Part shown: in pieces, positions 9,637 to 20,078 of the stretch | Numbering within the stretch: the stretch's first letter is position 1 | How the letters are laid out: every line of letters starts with the position of its first letter | Origin: a virus | Virus record (IMG/VR): IMGVR_UViG_3300034200_001443 | Location: 32,001 to 96,000 of that record | Length of the DNA: 64,000 nt | Reading direction: 5' to 3' (one strand) | Made by a program: the position numbers and the translations under genes | Notes under the pieces: generated by a model | What the model saw: the letters and a program-made list of their open reading frames with translations, nothing else | Told to the model about the DNA's origin: nothing | Databases searched by the model: none

Positions 9637-12600
9637 TATGCAGCACCTTTACGAAGTTGGAAAGCAAGTTGACGGGAGACAAGAGAAGCAAGTTCACGTT
9701 CATCCATTCCTGGAGATGGATTAACTGTTATTTGAATTCCTCGTGACTCTCCAGCAATCATTTCAATCATTGCCTTATCACGTTTTGATAAACCATCTGG
9801 GTCAAGAGGCTCTACACGCTCTGGACGGCCAGCCTCTCCAATACGAGCAAGCATTCCTCCAGGTGTAGCTGGAACTATTCCACCTTCTGCCAGTGGAGTT
9901 ACATATGGAAGTCTAAGAGTTGGACCTTCAAAAGCAGGAATAACAGTTTTACCAGCAATTTTAAGTCCTTCAAAACTTGGCAGTTTAAATGATAAATTAT
10001 TCCATCTTTCAATTACCCAATTAAGAGCAGATTTAAAACTAGTTTTTATTCCTGCCCAAATATCACCAATTTTTAACTCACCTATTTTACCGAATATTTC
10101 TTTAACTTTATCGTAAAACCCTACTACTTCGTTTTTAAATCCAATTAATCTATCTACCCATCTTTGAATAGTTCCTATAATCCCTAAAATAACGTCTTTA
10201 ACTATGTTAATTGCACCAACAAGAATAAACTCAAGAAGAGGAACCAAAGTTACAGATAAAAAGTCTCCTATTTTTTCAAAGACACCAGAAACTCCACCAA
10301 GTGGCTCTAGAAGTTCATTCAAAGCTTCACTTATTTCGTCCCAAGCTTCTTTTAAAGCCTTTAGAACATTTTCAAACATATCTTTAAGAGCTTCTCTTAG
10401 TTTTTCACTATTCTTATATGCTAAGATAAATACTCCTACAACTGCTGCAATTGCAATTCCTATAAGTACAAATTTTGCACTAAGAAAACCAACACCATAA
10501 GTTAGAAAAGCAACTTCTTGCTTTAATCTTTTAACTCCAGGAATTGCACTAGGTAAAGCCATAATACCGTTCATAATTCCTATCATGGCACCTTTAAGTG
10601 AGTTTGCATAAAAAGTAAAAGCTATTTTAGATATATTTATTGCAGCAGTAAATGCAAGCAAACTACCACTAACCAACAAGAAAGCTTGTCCAAGCTCTGA
10701 CCCAAGAACTGTATTTAAAACTTTTAAAATGCCAGTTAAAGTTTTAAAGAAAATATTTATAGATTCTGATTCTGTAACTATTAAAACAAATTTTGCAATT
10801 TCTTCTAAAAACTTGCCAAAAGATTCAAGTGCCCCACCTGGCTTAGATATTTCAAGACCTACTTCATTAAAAGTTCTAGTTACATTTTTTAAAGATTCAA
10901 TAAAAGATAAATATCCTGGAGAAGCGGCTATTTGTAAAAACCCTAAAGCTATTAATCCAATAACTTCTAACACTCCTTGAGCCCCTATGGTTAAGTTTGT
11001 AAGGAATGGCGCAAGTTTTCCTTCTTCATTTAATGCTTTAGTTGTTTTTTCCCAACTCTCTGTTACATCTATAAACCACTGTAAAAACGTATCTGCTGCT
11101 CCACCTGGAGCAACTGTTGCAGAAATAATAGTTCCAAAAGCGCTAAAAGCATTTCCAAAACCTTCTCCTAGCTTTTTTACTATATCTGTAGCTGTCTTAA
11201 ATATCTCATTAAGCTCGCCAGTTGCATCTTTAAGCTCCACAGTTTTTCTAAAAGCTTCTGCTTTCTTTTCAATAAACTGGGAAAATTCTATTGTGTATGG
11301 GATAAAAGCAGCTTGAAGAGTTACAAAAGCTGAAGCAAGATCAATAAATGCTCCACCCAAAGCATCAAGAATAGGGGTAAAGGAATCAAATAAATCGTTT
11401 ATTTCTTTTTGTTTTCTAGCTGATGTAAATACTTCTGCAAATTCAAGAGATAGCTCTCCAAGTTTTCCTGCAATTCTTACTAAAGCTCCTTCTAAGCTAG
11501 AAGGGGAGTTCGGGTTTAAGTATGTGTCGTAAAGAAGTTTTACTGCTTCTGTAAACTTAGGAAAAAATGCTTCTTGTAGTTTTTTACGAAGCTCTTCAAA
11601 GGCTTCTTTTAAACTAATAATATACTTAACAAAATCTTGAGCAGCTGGGGATAGTTTATCTAGAGCAGCCTTATACTCATCAAAACCAGATCCTTTAGCA
11701 GCCGCAGCTTGAGCCTTAATTGCAGCTTCAACTTCTCTATTAGCAAGCTCTAAAGCACGAAGATTTTGACGATCTACTTCTCCACCAGCTGTTACTGCGT
11801 CTTGTGCTTTTTTAAGATCTTCTAAAGCTTCTCTATAAGAAATAGTTGATCGTGCAGCATCTATTTGAGCATCGCTTTCTGCTTGTTTAGAGTCTGCAAG
11901 TTTTTCTTGTGCAGCAATTACTAATTTATTGCCATCTACACCTTCACGATTTGCTTTAGCTGTTGATTTACGCAAGTCGTTGTTTTTATCAATTGCACGT
12001 CGAAGATTGAGATCTGCTTCAGCAAATGCAAGTTCTGCCTCACGGCGAGCACGAGAATTTGGTGGAAGATCTTGAACACGTTGCAGAGAGTCACGAGCTT
12101 TTTCAAACTCAAGACGTGCTTTCTTTTCAGAAATAACTCCGCCTTCAAGTTCAAAACGAAGTTGCTGGATTGCTTCTTTAGCTTCTTCACGAGCTTCTGT
12201 AACTGCTTCAAGGGCTTTTTCAGTATTTCTAACAGCACCTTGATAAGCTCTTTCAGCTCTTTCTACTGCAATAGCTGCATCTGCAACTGCAATAGATGCA
12301 TCTGATTCTGCTTCTACTGCATCTGCTTTTCTTTTATTGTTTTGACGAATTGTGTCATCTAAATTGTAATATGCATCTGATAATCTTAAATTTGCTTCAG
12401 TAAGTCTGTCTGCGTCTTGGGCAGCATTTGATCCAATTTTAGCTCCAGCACTTATTGCTTCGCCTACTCCACCAAAAGCAGCTCTTAATACTCCAGCTCC
12501 AGCGGCAACAGCTAAAAATGCGCCAGAAAGTCCTAATAAAGCAGGAGTAGCAGCGGCTGTTATTGAAATTAAAACACCTAAACCACCTATTACTGAACCT

Positions 12601-12899
12601 AAAACTCCACCAAGAGCAGTTAAGGCTGTAACTACTATATAACCAGTTCTAGCGAGAGATAAAAATCTTTCTCTAGCCGTAGTAAACCTGTCTACATCAG
12701 CTTGAGATAAAGATTTACCAAATAAATAACCTATATCTCCACTTGATTTACTTCTAAAACCTCTACTAAAACTTGCACCAGCGTCTGCACCAGCACGTTC
12801 TCCAACTCTATCAATACCATCAAATGCACGTTGAATATCGTTTTTTACGCCAGTGGTGACGGCACGAACAATTACGGATGCTTCACCTACAACTGCCAT
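9636..12899 (-). CDS. Tape measure protein
   Basis: 1087 aa; long Ala-rich coiled coil and amphipathic repeats; C-terminal LAEGGIV..GEAGRPE motif; follows the chaperones. Confidence 0.92.
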   Translation of the reverse strand: MAVVGEASVIVRAVTTGVKNDIQRAFDGIDRVGERAGADAGASFSRGFRSKSSGDIGYLFGKSLSQADVDRFTTARERFLSLARTGYIVVTALTALGGVLGSVIGGLGVLISITAAATPALLGLSGAFLAVAAGAGVLRAAFGGVGEAISAGAKIGSNAAQDADRLTEANLRLSDAYYNLDDTIRQNNKRKADAVEAESDASIAVADAAIAVERAERAYQGAVRNTEKALEAVTEAREEAKEAIQQLRFELEGGVISEKKARLEFEKARDSLQRVQDLPPNSRARREAELAFAEADLNLRRAIDKNNDLRKSTAKANREGVDGNKLVIAAQEKLADSKQAESDAQIDAARSTISYREALEDLKKAQDAVTAGGEVDRQNLRALELANREVEAAIKAQAAAAKGSGFDEYKAALDKLSPAAQDFVKYIISLKEAFEELRKKLQEAFFPKFTEAVKLLYDTYLNPNSPSSLEGALVRIAGKLGELSLEFAEVFTSARKQKEINDLFDSFTPILDALGGAFIDLASAFVTLQAAFIPYTIEFSQFIEKKAEAFRKTVELKDATGELNEIFKTATDIVKKLGEGFGNAFSAFGTIISATVAPGGAADTFLQWFIDVTESWEKTTKALNEEGKLAPFLTNLTIGAQGVLEVIGLIALGFLQIAASPGYLSFIESLKNVTRTFNEVGLEISKPGGALESFGKFLEEIAKFVLIVTESESINIFFKTLTGILKVLNTVLGSELGQAFLLVSGSLLAFTAAINISKIAFTFYANSLKGAMIGIMNGIMALPSAIPGVKRLKQEVAFLTYGVGFLSAKFVLIGIAIAAVVGVFILAYKNSEKLREALKDMFENVLKALKEAWDEISEALNELLEPLGGVSGVFEKIGDFLSVTLVPLLEFILVGAINIVKDVILGIIGTIQRWVDRLIGFKNEVVGFYDKVKEIFGKIGELKIGDIWAGIKTSFKSALNWVIERWNNLSFKLPSFEGLKIAGKTVIPAFEGPTLRLPYVTPLAEGGIVPATPGGMLARIGEAGRPERVEPLDPDGLSKRDKAMIEMIAGESRGIQITVNPSPGMDERELASLVSRQLAFQLRKGAA

Positions 12900-12910
12900 G
12901 CCATCACCTC

Positions 12911-13345
12911 CTAGCTACCTAATGGTGCATCTAATATGTCTCCGAAAGGATTTTCGGAGTCTGGATTGAAGTCCGTCGGTGGGACATAAGACTTCGTTGG
13001 TCCTTTTTCAGGATCAAAAACAGATATATCTTCCTCAAAACCATTTGCTGATGTTTGAGAATAAGTATTACTGTTAGATTTAAATCTATAATCTTTGTTG
13101 TATAGACTTTTATAGATAATGCCTCTAGCTTTATCACGAGCTTCTGCTTGTTCTGCACTCGATGTATTAAAATCGGTTTCCATATAGTAATGAAGGACAT
13201 CTAACATGTCTGACATATCCATACTCTCCAATTTTAATCCGTTAGTTAAGGCTTTACCATTTACATAAGGCCAGAGGTCTACTGCCCACTCTGTGATTGC
13301 TCTGGCCCCGACGTAGGGCGGCCTGAATACTGTTCTACTAGCCAA
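12911..13345 (-). CDS. Tail assembly chaperone, C-terminal (gpGT-like) frame, probably reached by -1 frameshift
   Basis: Overlaps the end of 13279-13629 in the -1 frame, directly before the tape measure. Confidence 0.7.
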   Translation of the reverse strand: MASRTVFRPPYVGARAITEWAVDLWPYVNGKALTNGLKLESMDMSDMLDVLHYYMETDFNTSSAEQAEARDKARGIIYKSLYNKDYRFKSNSNTYSQTSANGFEEDISVFDPEKGPTKSYVPPTDFNPDSENPFGDILDAPLGS

Positions 13346-13629
13346 GCGGTAATTTCGCCTAGTGTTTCTACAGTTACAATCTTGTCCTTATCATCAATAA
13401 GCTTTTCAAATCTTTCATAGCTTTCTGCTAGAAGAGCTCTTGAAAAGATATCTTTAATGGTATCTGCTGCATCTGTAGCGTTTCCACTACCAGCTTTTGC
13501 AACAAGACTTAAAAGCGCATTACCTTGTAGGTTTTTTACGCACTCGAAGTCTTCACCATGAAGTTTAAATGAGATTGGATCGGTGTTTTGAGCTCCACCA
13601 TCTCCAAAATCTTTAAATCGTGTTGTCAT
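13279..13629 (-). CDS. Tail assembly chaperone (gpG-like)
   Basis: Position in the tail block; ends ..WLVEQYSGRPT, typical of actinophage chaperones. Confidence 0.8.
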   Translation of the reverse strand: MTTRFKDFGDGGAQNTDPISFKLHGEDFECVKNLQGNALLSLVAKAGSGNATDAADTIKDIFSRALLAESYERFEKLIDDKDKIVTVETLGEITAWLVEQYSGRPTSGPEQSQSGQ

Positions 13630-13658
13630 CAGTTTTTCCTTTTCTGTCGTTGTGTTAA

Positions 13659-14042
13659 TTATATCTTGGCTTTAAGAGCATTACTTAAATAACGATTAGC
13701 TTTAGTTCCTGGATGCTGAACTGAATGTGCATAAACAATCTGTCCTCTTGAAACAAACCTAAGCATTTTTCCGCTTTTTGGGGTTATTACTCTAGGAGCA
13801 GTTCCTTCATGATGTGCTAGTGCGTAATTTAAGGTTGACCCAACCCAGATACGTTGACCTCGTGGATCTCTCATGTGTCTCATATGGATAGAGCTACGAA
13901 GATTTCCAGTTCTTACACCTACCATTGCTCTGGCAGCTGTAATTATTTCTTTTCCTTTATTATTTAGAAACCGACCTACTTCTCCGTTAGGATTGTTAAG
14001 AAAGTTATCTAAAACTGTATCGTAAAACTTAACTCTAGCCAT
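13659..14042 (-). CDS. HK97 gp10-like neck/tail completion protein
   Basis: VRTGNLRSSI..YALAHHEGT..HPGTKAN motifs. Confidence 0.8.
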   Translation of the reverse strand: MARVKFYDTVLDNFLNNPNGEVGRFLNNKGKEIITAARAMVGVRTGNLRSSIHMRHMRDPRGQRIWVGSTLNYALAHHEGTAPRVITPKSGKMLRFVSRGQIVYAHSVQHPGTKANRYLSNALKAKI

Positions 14043-14548
14043 TATGGAACCGCCATAGTTATAGTCATACTTACTGTTTGAAACCCACCCTCAGGAGAGC
14101 TAGTTTCTACTGTTGCAATAACTCCAAGACCAAAGTTTGCTGGATCCCATTGATCCAACAGTCTTGAGCTATCCAACAGAATCCATGCGTCGTATGCAGA
14201 AATTTCTGAACCATCTTGAATTGCATCTCCAGATGGTGCTCTGCCATTTGTTCCTACTGTAGGAACTTCACGAGAAACTTGAACTAAAAGAGTTACTGAG
14301 CGAGGATCATTGCATCTGCGTGGAGAGGTTGCTTCATCTCCTGGAGATCCAATGTACATTTGCAACATAGAAACAACTACCTGCTCGCAATCAACAGCTG
14401 GTGTACCTAATGTCCAATAGCGACGACCAGGAAGTGGCATCGTGTAAGAAGTATATGTATTTATTACAGCATTAAGAACGTTTTGCATAAGAACAGCTAA
14501 ATTCTTAGCATCGTTAGATACTGTAGCTGGGTTCACATCTAGTCCCAT
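14042..14548 (-). CDS. Putative tail terminator
   Basis: Synteny between adaptor and gp10-like gene; size 168 aa. Confidence 0.6.
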   Translation of the reverse strand: MGLDVNPATVSNDAKNLAVLMQNVLNAVINTYTSYTMPLPGRRYWTLGTPAVDCEQVVVSMLQMYIGSPGDEATSPRRCNDPRSVTLLVQVSREVPTVGTNGRAPSGDAIQDGSEISAYDAWILLDSSRLLDQWDPANFGLGVIATVETSSPEGGFQTVSMTITMAVP

Positions 14549-14576
14549 ATGTCCTCTTGTCCTTTAGTTTCTTTAG

Positions 14577-15716
14577 TTATACGGTATAAATTGGAATTGT
14601 TCGTTCGCCTAATTGCATAATAATGTTACTAGAAATTAGCGGAACAATCTCGTCGACAGCTGGATTTGCAAGACTTGGGCGAACAGCGTACATATCTAAA
14701 ATTCCTGGGTCACGAGGACCTAGTACATCTAATACATCTTTATAAGTTGTACTAATTCTTATTGTATTTTCTACTCTATCAACTGCAGCTGCGTTAGCAA
14801 TTGTTGTAGTTGTGAGGTTATTAATGTCAGAAAAATCAATTTGTATGGTCCAGTTATTGTCAGAATCTAAGAAGTCTCCATTAATTTCTGAGAAATAATA
14901 AAGATTAGCTGCGCCATCGGCTGTTACATAGAGATCAAATGCGCTAAGTGGATAGAGAGGAGATGCTCCAGTAATACGACGAGCACGAGGTTGATCAGGG
15001 CTAAAGACACGAGCGCGGGCGCGAGCTTTGTCTGGGTTAGCTGTTTTAAGAAAAAGATCAATTGCATATATACCAGTGCGAAGTTCATCAATAAAATCTT
15101 GGCTGTCAAGAAGGGTATATGAAACACCTTGACGAGAGATAGATGTAACTCGTTGTGGAAGAGCACAGGTGTCATCATTTTCATAAAGCTTTACAAGCTC
15201 TGTAGCAAGAACACGGGCAGCAGCACGACCTGCAGTAGGCGCTGGTGTTCCGTAGGTATAAGTAACTTCTACTTGAGATGGTGACCAACCTGCTCCGGGT
15301 ACTCCAAGAATTGTTGAGTGGTCAGATAAATAATATTTGTTTGGCTCGATAATGTTTCCATCAAGATCACGAAGGGTATGCACTTTAATTACCTTGCGAC
15401 CACGAAGACGTACACGAGAGTTTGCAGAGGTTCCATCACCTTGGAAGTCATCATCTGCGTAGCGATTAAATCCGCCAGATGCAATATTTACAATGTTGCC
15501 ATCTACTAAAACTGGAGTGTAGGTAAGGCTTGATCCGCCTGAGCGAAGATAAGGATCGTAAGAAGATACATATCTCTCTGTTACTGTTGTTACACCGCTA
15601 AATTTACGGCCTGACATTCCCCAAAGAAGATAAGAGGCTGTTTTACAAGCTTCGTAGGCGTAATCAGAGTTAGTGTATGTACCTAACTCTTCTGGTGTTA
15701 CCCAAAGATTACTCAC
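14577..15716 (-). CDS. Head-to-tail adaptor
   Basis: ASYLLWGMSGRKF, YTYGTPAP..G, CALPQRVTSISRQGVS match actinophage adaptors. Confidence 0.8.
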   Translation of the reverse strand: MSNLWVTPEELGTYTNSDYAYEACKTASYLLWGMSGRKFSGVTTVTERYVSSYDPYLRSGGSSLTYTPVLVDGNIVNIASGGFNRYADDDFQGDGTSANSRVRLRGRKVIKVHTLRDLDGNIIEPNKYYLSDHSTILGVPGAGWSPSQVEVTYTYGTPAPTAGRAAARVLATELVKLYENDDTCALPQRVTSISRQGVSYTLLDSQDFIDELRTGIYAIDLFLKTANPDKARARARVFSPDQPRARRITGASPLYPLSAFDLYVTADGAANLYYFSEINGDFLDSDNNWTIQIDFSDINNLTTTTIANAAAVDRVENTIRISTTYKDVLDVLGPRDPGILDMYAVRPSLANPAVDEIVPLISSNIIMQLGERTIPIYTV

Positions 15717-15740
15717 ACTCTCACCTCGTCTCTAAGTAAG

Positions 15741-15790
15741 AAGGCGGGCACAAACCGTAGTTTAAAAACCATCGGCTCGATGCCCGCCTT
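15741..15790 (-). terminator. Long stem-loop after the major tail gene (terminator or processing site)
   Basis: Perfect inverted repeat AAGGCGGGCA...TGCCCGCCTT with further internal pairing. Confidence 0.6.
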
Positions 15791-15800
15791 TCCTAATGAA

Positions 15801-16847
15801 TTAAGCGGTTGGATCCTCGGTTGACGCAATAATGAAGTCAACTGGTAGATCCGCGTTGTATTCTTCGCTACCTGGAACGTTGAATGAAGATGTTGAGCCT
15901 TGTGAGTCAAAATCTGTCACTGCAAGGTATCCACGGTTACGAAGTACTGAACCAACTGGGCTAACTGCTGTAGATGCAACATCTGATGCAGTCTTTGCAT
16001 AGCGGAAGGTTGTTGTGGTTGGAACTGCTGTGATTGTGTAAGTACCGTTAAATGTTGAATCAACGCCGCTTACAGTCACGCTCTGACCAACTTCAAACCC
16101 ATGTGCAGCACCTGTTGTAAGCGTTGCAATGTTTGATGTTAAAGCTTTGTTTGAAACTGTCTTTGTTGAGTTATTAAACCAGCGGTAGAAGCCTTTTAGA
16201 CCTGTAGGTGAGTATGAAGTACGAGCATATGAGTATGAACGCTCAGTAGCTACTGGATACTCCCAACGGCCATCTAGACCTGAACCAAAGTTAACATTTC
16301 CAAGTCCATAACCTTCAAAGGTTGTGGCAAGCATTCCATTTTCAATTACGCGGTCTCCGCTTTGGCGAAGCTTTGCGTATGGGAATACCCAGTGGAAGTA
16401 TGGGTTAGTTGAAGCACGGCGGCCATCTGCGACAGCAAAAGACCAGCATTCAAGAGCAACACCGTTGCCTGAAGGGTCATCGCCAACGGAAGGTGCGGCC
16501 CAACCGACTGACTTATTCTGTGGTGATGCAAAAGAACCGAAGTTCTTACGAAGCAACAAACCGCCAGAGATTAGTTGTGAAAGTTCTGTATCTGGTTCGC
16601 AAATTGCGAGTTCCATTGTAATTCGCTTAAGTGTGTCAGGGGCTTTGTATGACACGCATACAGTGCCGTCTGCTGACTTCTCAACGATTTCGTCACCCTC
16701 TTCATATTCAGGGGTGAAAGATGTGCGGAGGAACGCCGAGGTTGTGTAGCTGTCTCCTGCTCCATTGAGCAAATTGCCAGCGGCGTCCAGTCTTGTGACT
16801 CGGATCGCCACACCTTGGACGCTAGCCGCATAGTCCTGAGTGGCCAT
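15801..16847 (-). CDS. Major tail protein with one C-terminal FCCH-like domain
   Basis: IRVTRLD..G, EEGDEI..KSADG..C, ELAICEPD pattern; position after the capsid genes. Confidence 0.85.
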   Translation of the reverse strand: MATQDYAASVQGVAIRVTRLDAAGNLLNGAGDSYTTSAFLRTSFTPEYEEGDEIVEKSADGTVCVSYKAPDTLKRITMELAICEPDTELSQLISGGLLLRKNFGSFASPQNKSVGWAAPSVGDDPSGNGVALECWSFAVADGRRASTNPYFHWVFPYAKLRQSGDRVIENGMLATTFEGYGLGNVNFGSGLDGRWEYPVATERSYSYARTSYSPTGLKGFYRWFNNSTKTVSNKALTSNIATLTTGAAHGFEVGQSVTVSGVDSTFNGTYTITAVPTTTTFRYAKTASDVASTAVSPVGSVLRNRGYLAVTDFDSQGSTSSFNVPGSEEYNADLPVDFIIASTEDPTA

Positions 16848-16875
16848 TCCAGTGTTCTCCTTTGTTTATTTCTTA

Positions 16876-17754
16876 CTAGGTTGTGGGTAGTGCTAGACGA
16901 ATTGTGTAAAAGATACTTGGATCAAAGTATACCGCAGCTGAACGAACCGCTCTGACTGTTAAGTCATTTGTATTCGTACTTACAGTTGCACCTTGACCTA
17001 GGTTCTCATTTACAATTTCAACTTTACTTAGGTGTATATCAACAGGGCCAGTTGCAAACATCCACTTATTTGAAGCAGAAGCAGTGGTGTTGGCATCTTC
17101 TAAACGCCCAGCACCTGTGTAACCAGATCCAATGACAACATCTGTTCCTAAGCGAGTCATTGCTTTACCTGTTTTTCCTCCATCTGCTGGTAGGTAGATG
17201 ATGCGAGATCCTAGGATCGAAGCAACATCGCGGGTCATGTGAATGACTCCGTTTGTTCCTGCTGGCGATGAAGAAATTGCTTGTTCCAACAGCATAAGTG
17301 CTGTTGCTGGAGCTAGAGCACCGCTATTTACTACGGTTGCTACTCCTGTTTCCCTTAAAAAATCATTCCCATTTGTTTCAGCAATTGAAGCTTTGCCTTC
17401 CCAAAACTCAAGCTCTACTGCTTTTTGTGTTGCTGCTTCTAACTGCTTTCTAGCGATTGCAAAACGATCTTCACCATTAATACCAAAATATGAACGAGTA
17501 TCTGTTACTTGAATAAAGAAAGGTTCGTACTCTTTGAATTGTGGAAGAGTTGATGTTCCTACAACTGCACTAGCAGCTGCGTCATTTACTGTAAATATTT
17601 CTACTTCTGGTTGTGAATCAAACTCGTAGCTAAAGCCACGAACCCAACGCTCATCGTAATTTGCGGTGGTATGAGTCATAACCCGAGCGACACTTAGAAG
17701 TCCGCAAGGTGCCTGAACCAAATCTGGTGCTGGATAGATTCCTCTAAACGCCAT
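16876..17754 (-). CDS. Second capsid protein (pentamer / minor capsid type)
   Basis: Directly after the MCP; GLLSVA, GVIHM, TRLGTDVVIGSGY, FATGPV resemble cluster-B-type pentamer proteins. Confidence 0.7.
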   Translation of the reverse strand: MAFRGIYPAPDLVQAPCGLLSVARVMTHTTANYDERWVRGFSYEFDSQPEVEIFTVNDAAASAVVGTSTLPQFKEYEPFFIQVTDTRSYFGINGEDRFAIARKQLEAATQKAVELEFWEGKASIAETNGNDFLRETGVATVVNSGALAPATALMLLEQAISSSPAGTNGVIHMTRDVASILGSRIIYLPADGGKTGKAMTRLGTDVVIGSGYTGAGRLEDANTTASASNKWMFATGPVDIHLSKVEIVNENLGQGATVSTNTNDLTVRAVRSAAVYFDPSIFYTIRLALPTT

Positions 17755-17825
17755 TTCTAGTTTTCTCCTGTTTCTTTCTAAGTGTCTGCTCGGGTTTTGA
17801 CTTAATTACTTTAGGCTACCGAATT

Positions 17826-19910
17826 TTAGTATTCGATTGCCGCAGCGGTTGCGCCACCTGTTGTGTCACGGAGAGCTGCTGCTACACCGTTCACTGAGAT
17901 GGTTGATGTGACCTTGAGTGACTCAACGCCAACCTTTGCTACACCTTCGAAGGTTTCAACGAACATCTTGTAGTCGTTGGTTCCAACAAGGGTAGAATCA
18001 CGGATAACTCCGAGATCCAATGTACCGCCATCTAGGAACAAGAATGTTCCTTCTGCGAACATGTACCAGACGAATGTGTCTGCGAACTCGTTCATTGCAG
18101 CAGCACCTTGTGCATCGGTGAAATCATCGATGTGGTAGGTGATGTTGATGTTGCGAGATGCGATGTAACCATCGATCTCTGCGGCTGCATTAAGGGTGTT
18201 GTCACCAGGAGCTGCGATAGCAAGATCTGCAACCATTGCATCCTTGATCCAATATGGAGCAATGACGCGAAGTGGAGCATCTGCCTCTAGGCGATGGCGA
18301 CCACGGTAGTTAGCTGCTGCGCGACCTAGTTGTACTAGGAAGTCACGAGCTACACCGATTAGTGATGTTGATGTAACAGCTGTTGACAGTGCTGTCAAGC
18401 GAGTAAGGATTTGTCCTTCTGCTTCACGAGCGTGCTGAATAAGACCAAGCTCATTGTGGCGAGCGATCAATTCAGGATATGCACGAGTCATCAAGTTACC
18501 GAATTGTAGCTGTAGTGTTACAGCATCAGTAGCAACAGTGTTTTCACCAGCAGCAGTTACAGTCAAACTAAGCTTTGCAGCTGGGTTTGGTGTTTCTGCT
18601 GAGTCGTTTGCTGCGGTCCAGATTCCAACAGCGTTAGCGTATGAGCTAAGTACTGGTGGAGTTACGAAGCGGATACCGCCACGGTCAGCCTGGAATTTTG
18701 GAAGTGCATCACGAAGTGGACGAGCAGTGGTACCAAGACCAAAGATGTCGTACTTAACTTCGAATGGTGTTGAATGTCCACCAGATGCAACAAGTGCTTC
18801 AGGACCAGTTACGGCCTGAACCTTTGCCCAGTTTGACTCAGCATCTGTTGTCAGAGTGCGAGCTTCTGGGTATTGAGTAGCGATAGATGCAACGATGTGT
18901 TGCTCTCCATCTCCACCATTTACGCGACGTAGAGCGTGGATACGCTTTTCGAACGCTGAAGCAACATCGATCATGTTGTTCATTGGGCTGCCAGCTGTGT
19001 AGCCAGGAATGTCAGCACCCGCAGTGATTGCCACGGGAGCTACAGATGCCTGTGCAACAGGGCGACGGTCAGCCGGGACCTCGATATTGAGGTTATCTGC
19101 ATTATCAGCAGCGGCGGTCACAGGTGCCTCCATCTTTTCTTGAACCTCTGTAGGTTCTGTTTGTGTTTGGATTGATGCTTCTGCATCTTCTGTAACTTCT
19201 GCAACTGCAGCTTCTGAATCTGCAACAACTGCTGCATCTTCAACAACTACTTCTGCTTCTGTTACAACTGCTTCAACAGCTTCTGCTGCTTCAACAGGTG
19301 CTGCTTCTGCGGCTGGAGCATCTTCTGCACCATCTGCAACAACAGCGGTTGCCTCTACAGCGGCAGCTGCTTCGGTAACAACTTCGTTTGATTCTGTCGA
19401 AAGTTCGACGGTCTTATCTGCATCGATTGACGCTTCGGACATTTTTTCCTCTTCCTTTTTCTTTTCCTCATCCATCACTGGAGTTGGTGCTTCTTCTTCC
19501 ATTGGCATTTCTTCTGCCATAGGAGCTTCGGCTGCAGGAACTTCTTCAGAAGGCATGTCTTCTTCTTTTTTATCTTCAGCCATTGCAGCTTCAGATTCAG
19601 AAGTCATCTCTTCTTTCTTTTCCTCTGAGGAATCGGATTCCATATCCTTTTCTTTGTCTTCGCCGTACACACGAGAGGCTGCTTCTGCTGCCCGCTGTGC
19701 GAGCTCTTGAACCGCGGCCTCGCGTCGCTTGAATTCACCTTGAACGGTGCCAAGCATGTCGGCTAATGACGACATTGCGTCAACTGATTGCGGAGTAAGG
19801 TCATCTTTTTCTACAGACTCAAATTCTTTGATTATCTTGTTCTGTAACTCAGTAACTTGATCGTCAGTGAGTTCAGCTAGTGAATCAAATGATTCTTTAA
19901 TTTGGTCCAT
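17826..19910 (-). CDS. Major capsid (hexamer) protein with long acidic N-terminal scaffold-like region
   Basis: ITAGADIPG, ALVASGG, RPLRDALP..ADRGG, LDLGVIRDSTL..NDY..FVETFE; strongly biased codon use. Confidence 0.9.
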   Translation of the reverse strand: MDQIKESFDSLAELTDDQVTELQNKIIKEFESVEKDDLTPQSVDAMSSLADMLGTVQGEFKRREAAVQELAQRAAEAASRVYGEDKEKDMESDSSEEKKEEMTSESEAAMAEDKKEEDMPSEEVPAAEAPMAEEMPMEEEAPTPVMDEEKKKEEEKMSEASIDADKTVELSTESNEVVTEAAAAVEATAVVADGAEDAPAAEAAPVEAAEAVEAVVTEAEVVVEDAAVVADSEAAVAEVTEDAEASIQTQTEPTEVQEKMEAPVTAAADNADNLNIEVPADRRPVAQASVAPVAITAGADIPGYTAGSPMNNMIDVASAFEKRIHALRRVNGGDGEQHIVASIATQYPEARTLTTDAESNWAKVQAVTGPEALVASGGHSTPFEVKYDIFGLGTTARPLRDALPKFQADRGGIRFVTPPVLSSYANAVGIWTAANDSAETPNPAAKLSLTVTAAGENTVATDAVTLQLQFGNLMTRAYPELIARHNELGLIQHAREAEGQILTRLTALSTAVTSTSLIGVARDFLVQLGRAAANYRGRHRLEADAPLRVIAPYWIKDAMVADLAIAAPGDNTLNAAAEIDGYIASRNINITYHIDDFTDAQGAAAMNEFADTFVWYMFAEGTFLFLDGGTLDLGVIRDSTLVGTNDYKMFVETFEGVAKVGVESLKVTSTISVNGVAAALRDTTGGATAAAIEY

Positions 19911-20070
19911 TACTGTTCCTTTTCCGGGCCAGTTACGACAAGAAGGTGTTAAGGCTTCTCGTCTCGCTTATCAGTCGAGGCCGAGGGACTCACAGACGCA
20001 TTAGATGCGTGGAGGCACTCCACCTGATTTATATAGTACATTATTTTTTATATGGTTATTTGTACGATTA
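19911..20070 (-). promoter_or_regulatory. MCP promoter and structured 5' leader
   Basis: AT-rich region with TACTAT -10-like box; hairpins GTGGAG-tgc-CTCCAC, ACGCAT-cta-ATGCGT, GACGAGAAG..CTTCTTGTC; AAGGA RBS. Confidence 0.55.
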
Positions 20071-20078
20071 TCTTCTAC

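Noticed and set aside
15713-15910. 65-aa minus-strand ORF
   Set aside because: It overlaps the major tail gene end and the stem-loop in another frame, with no coding signals.
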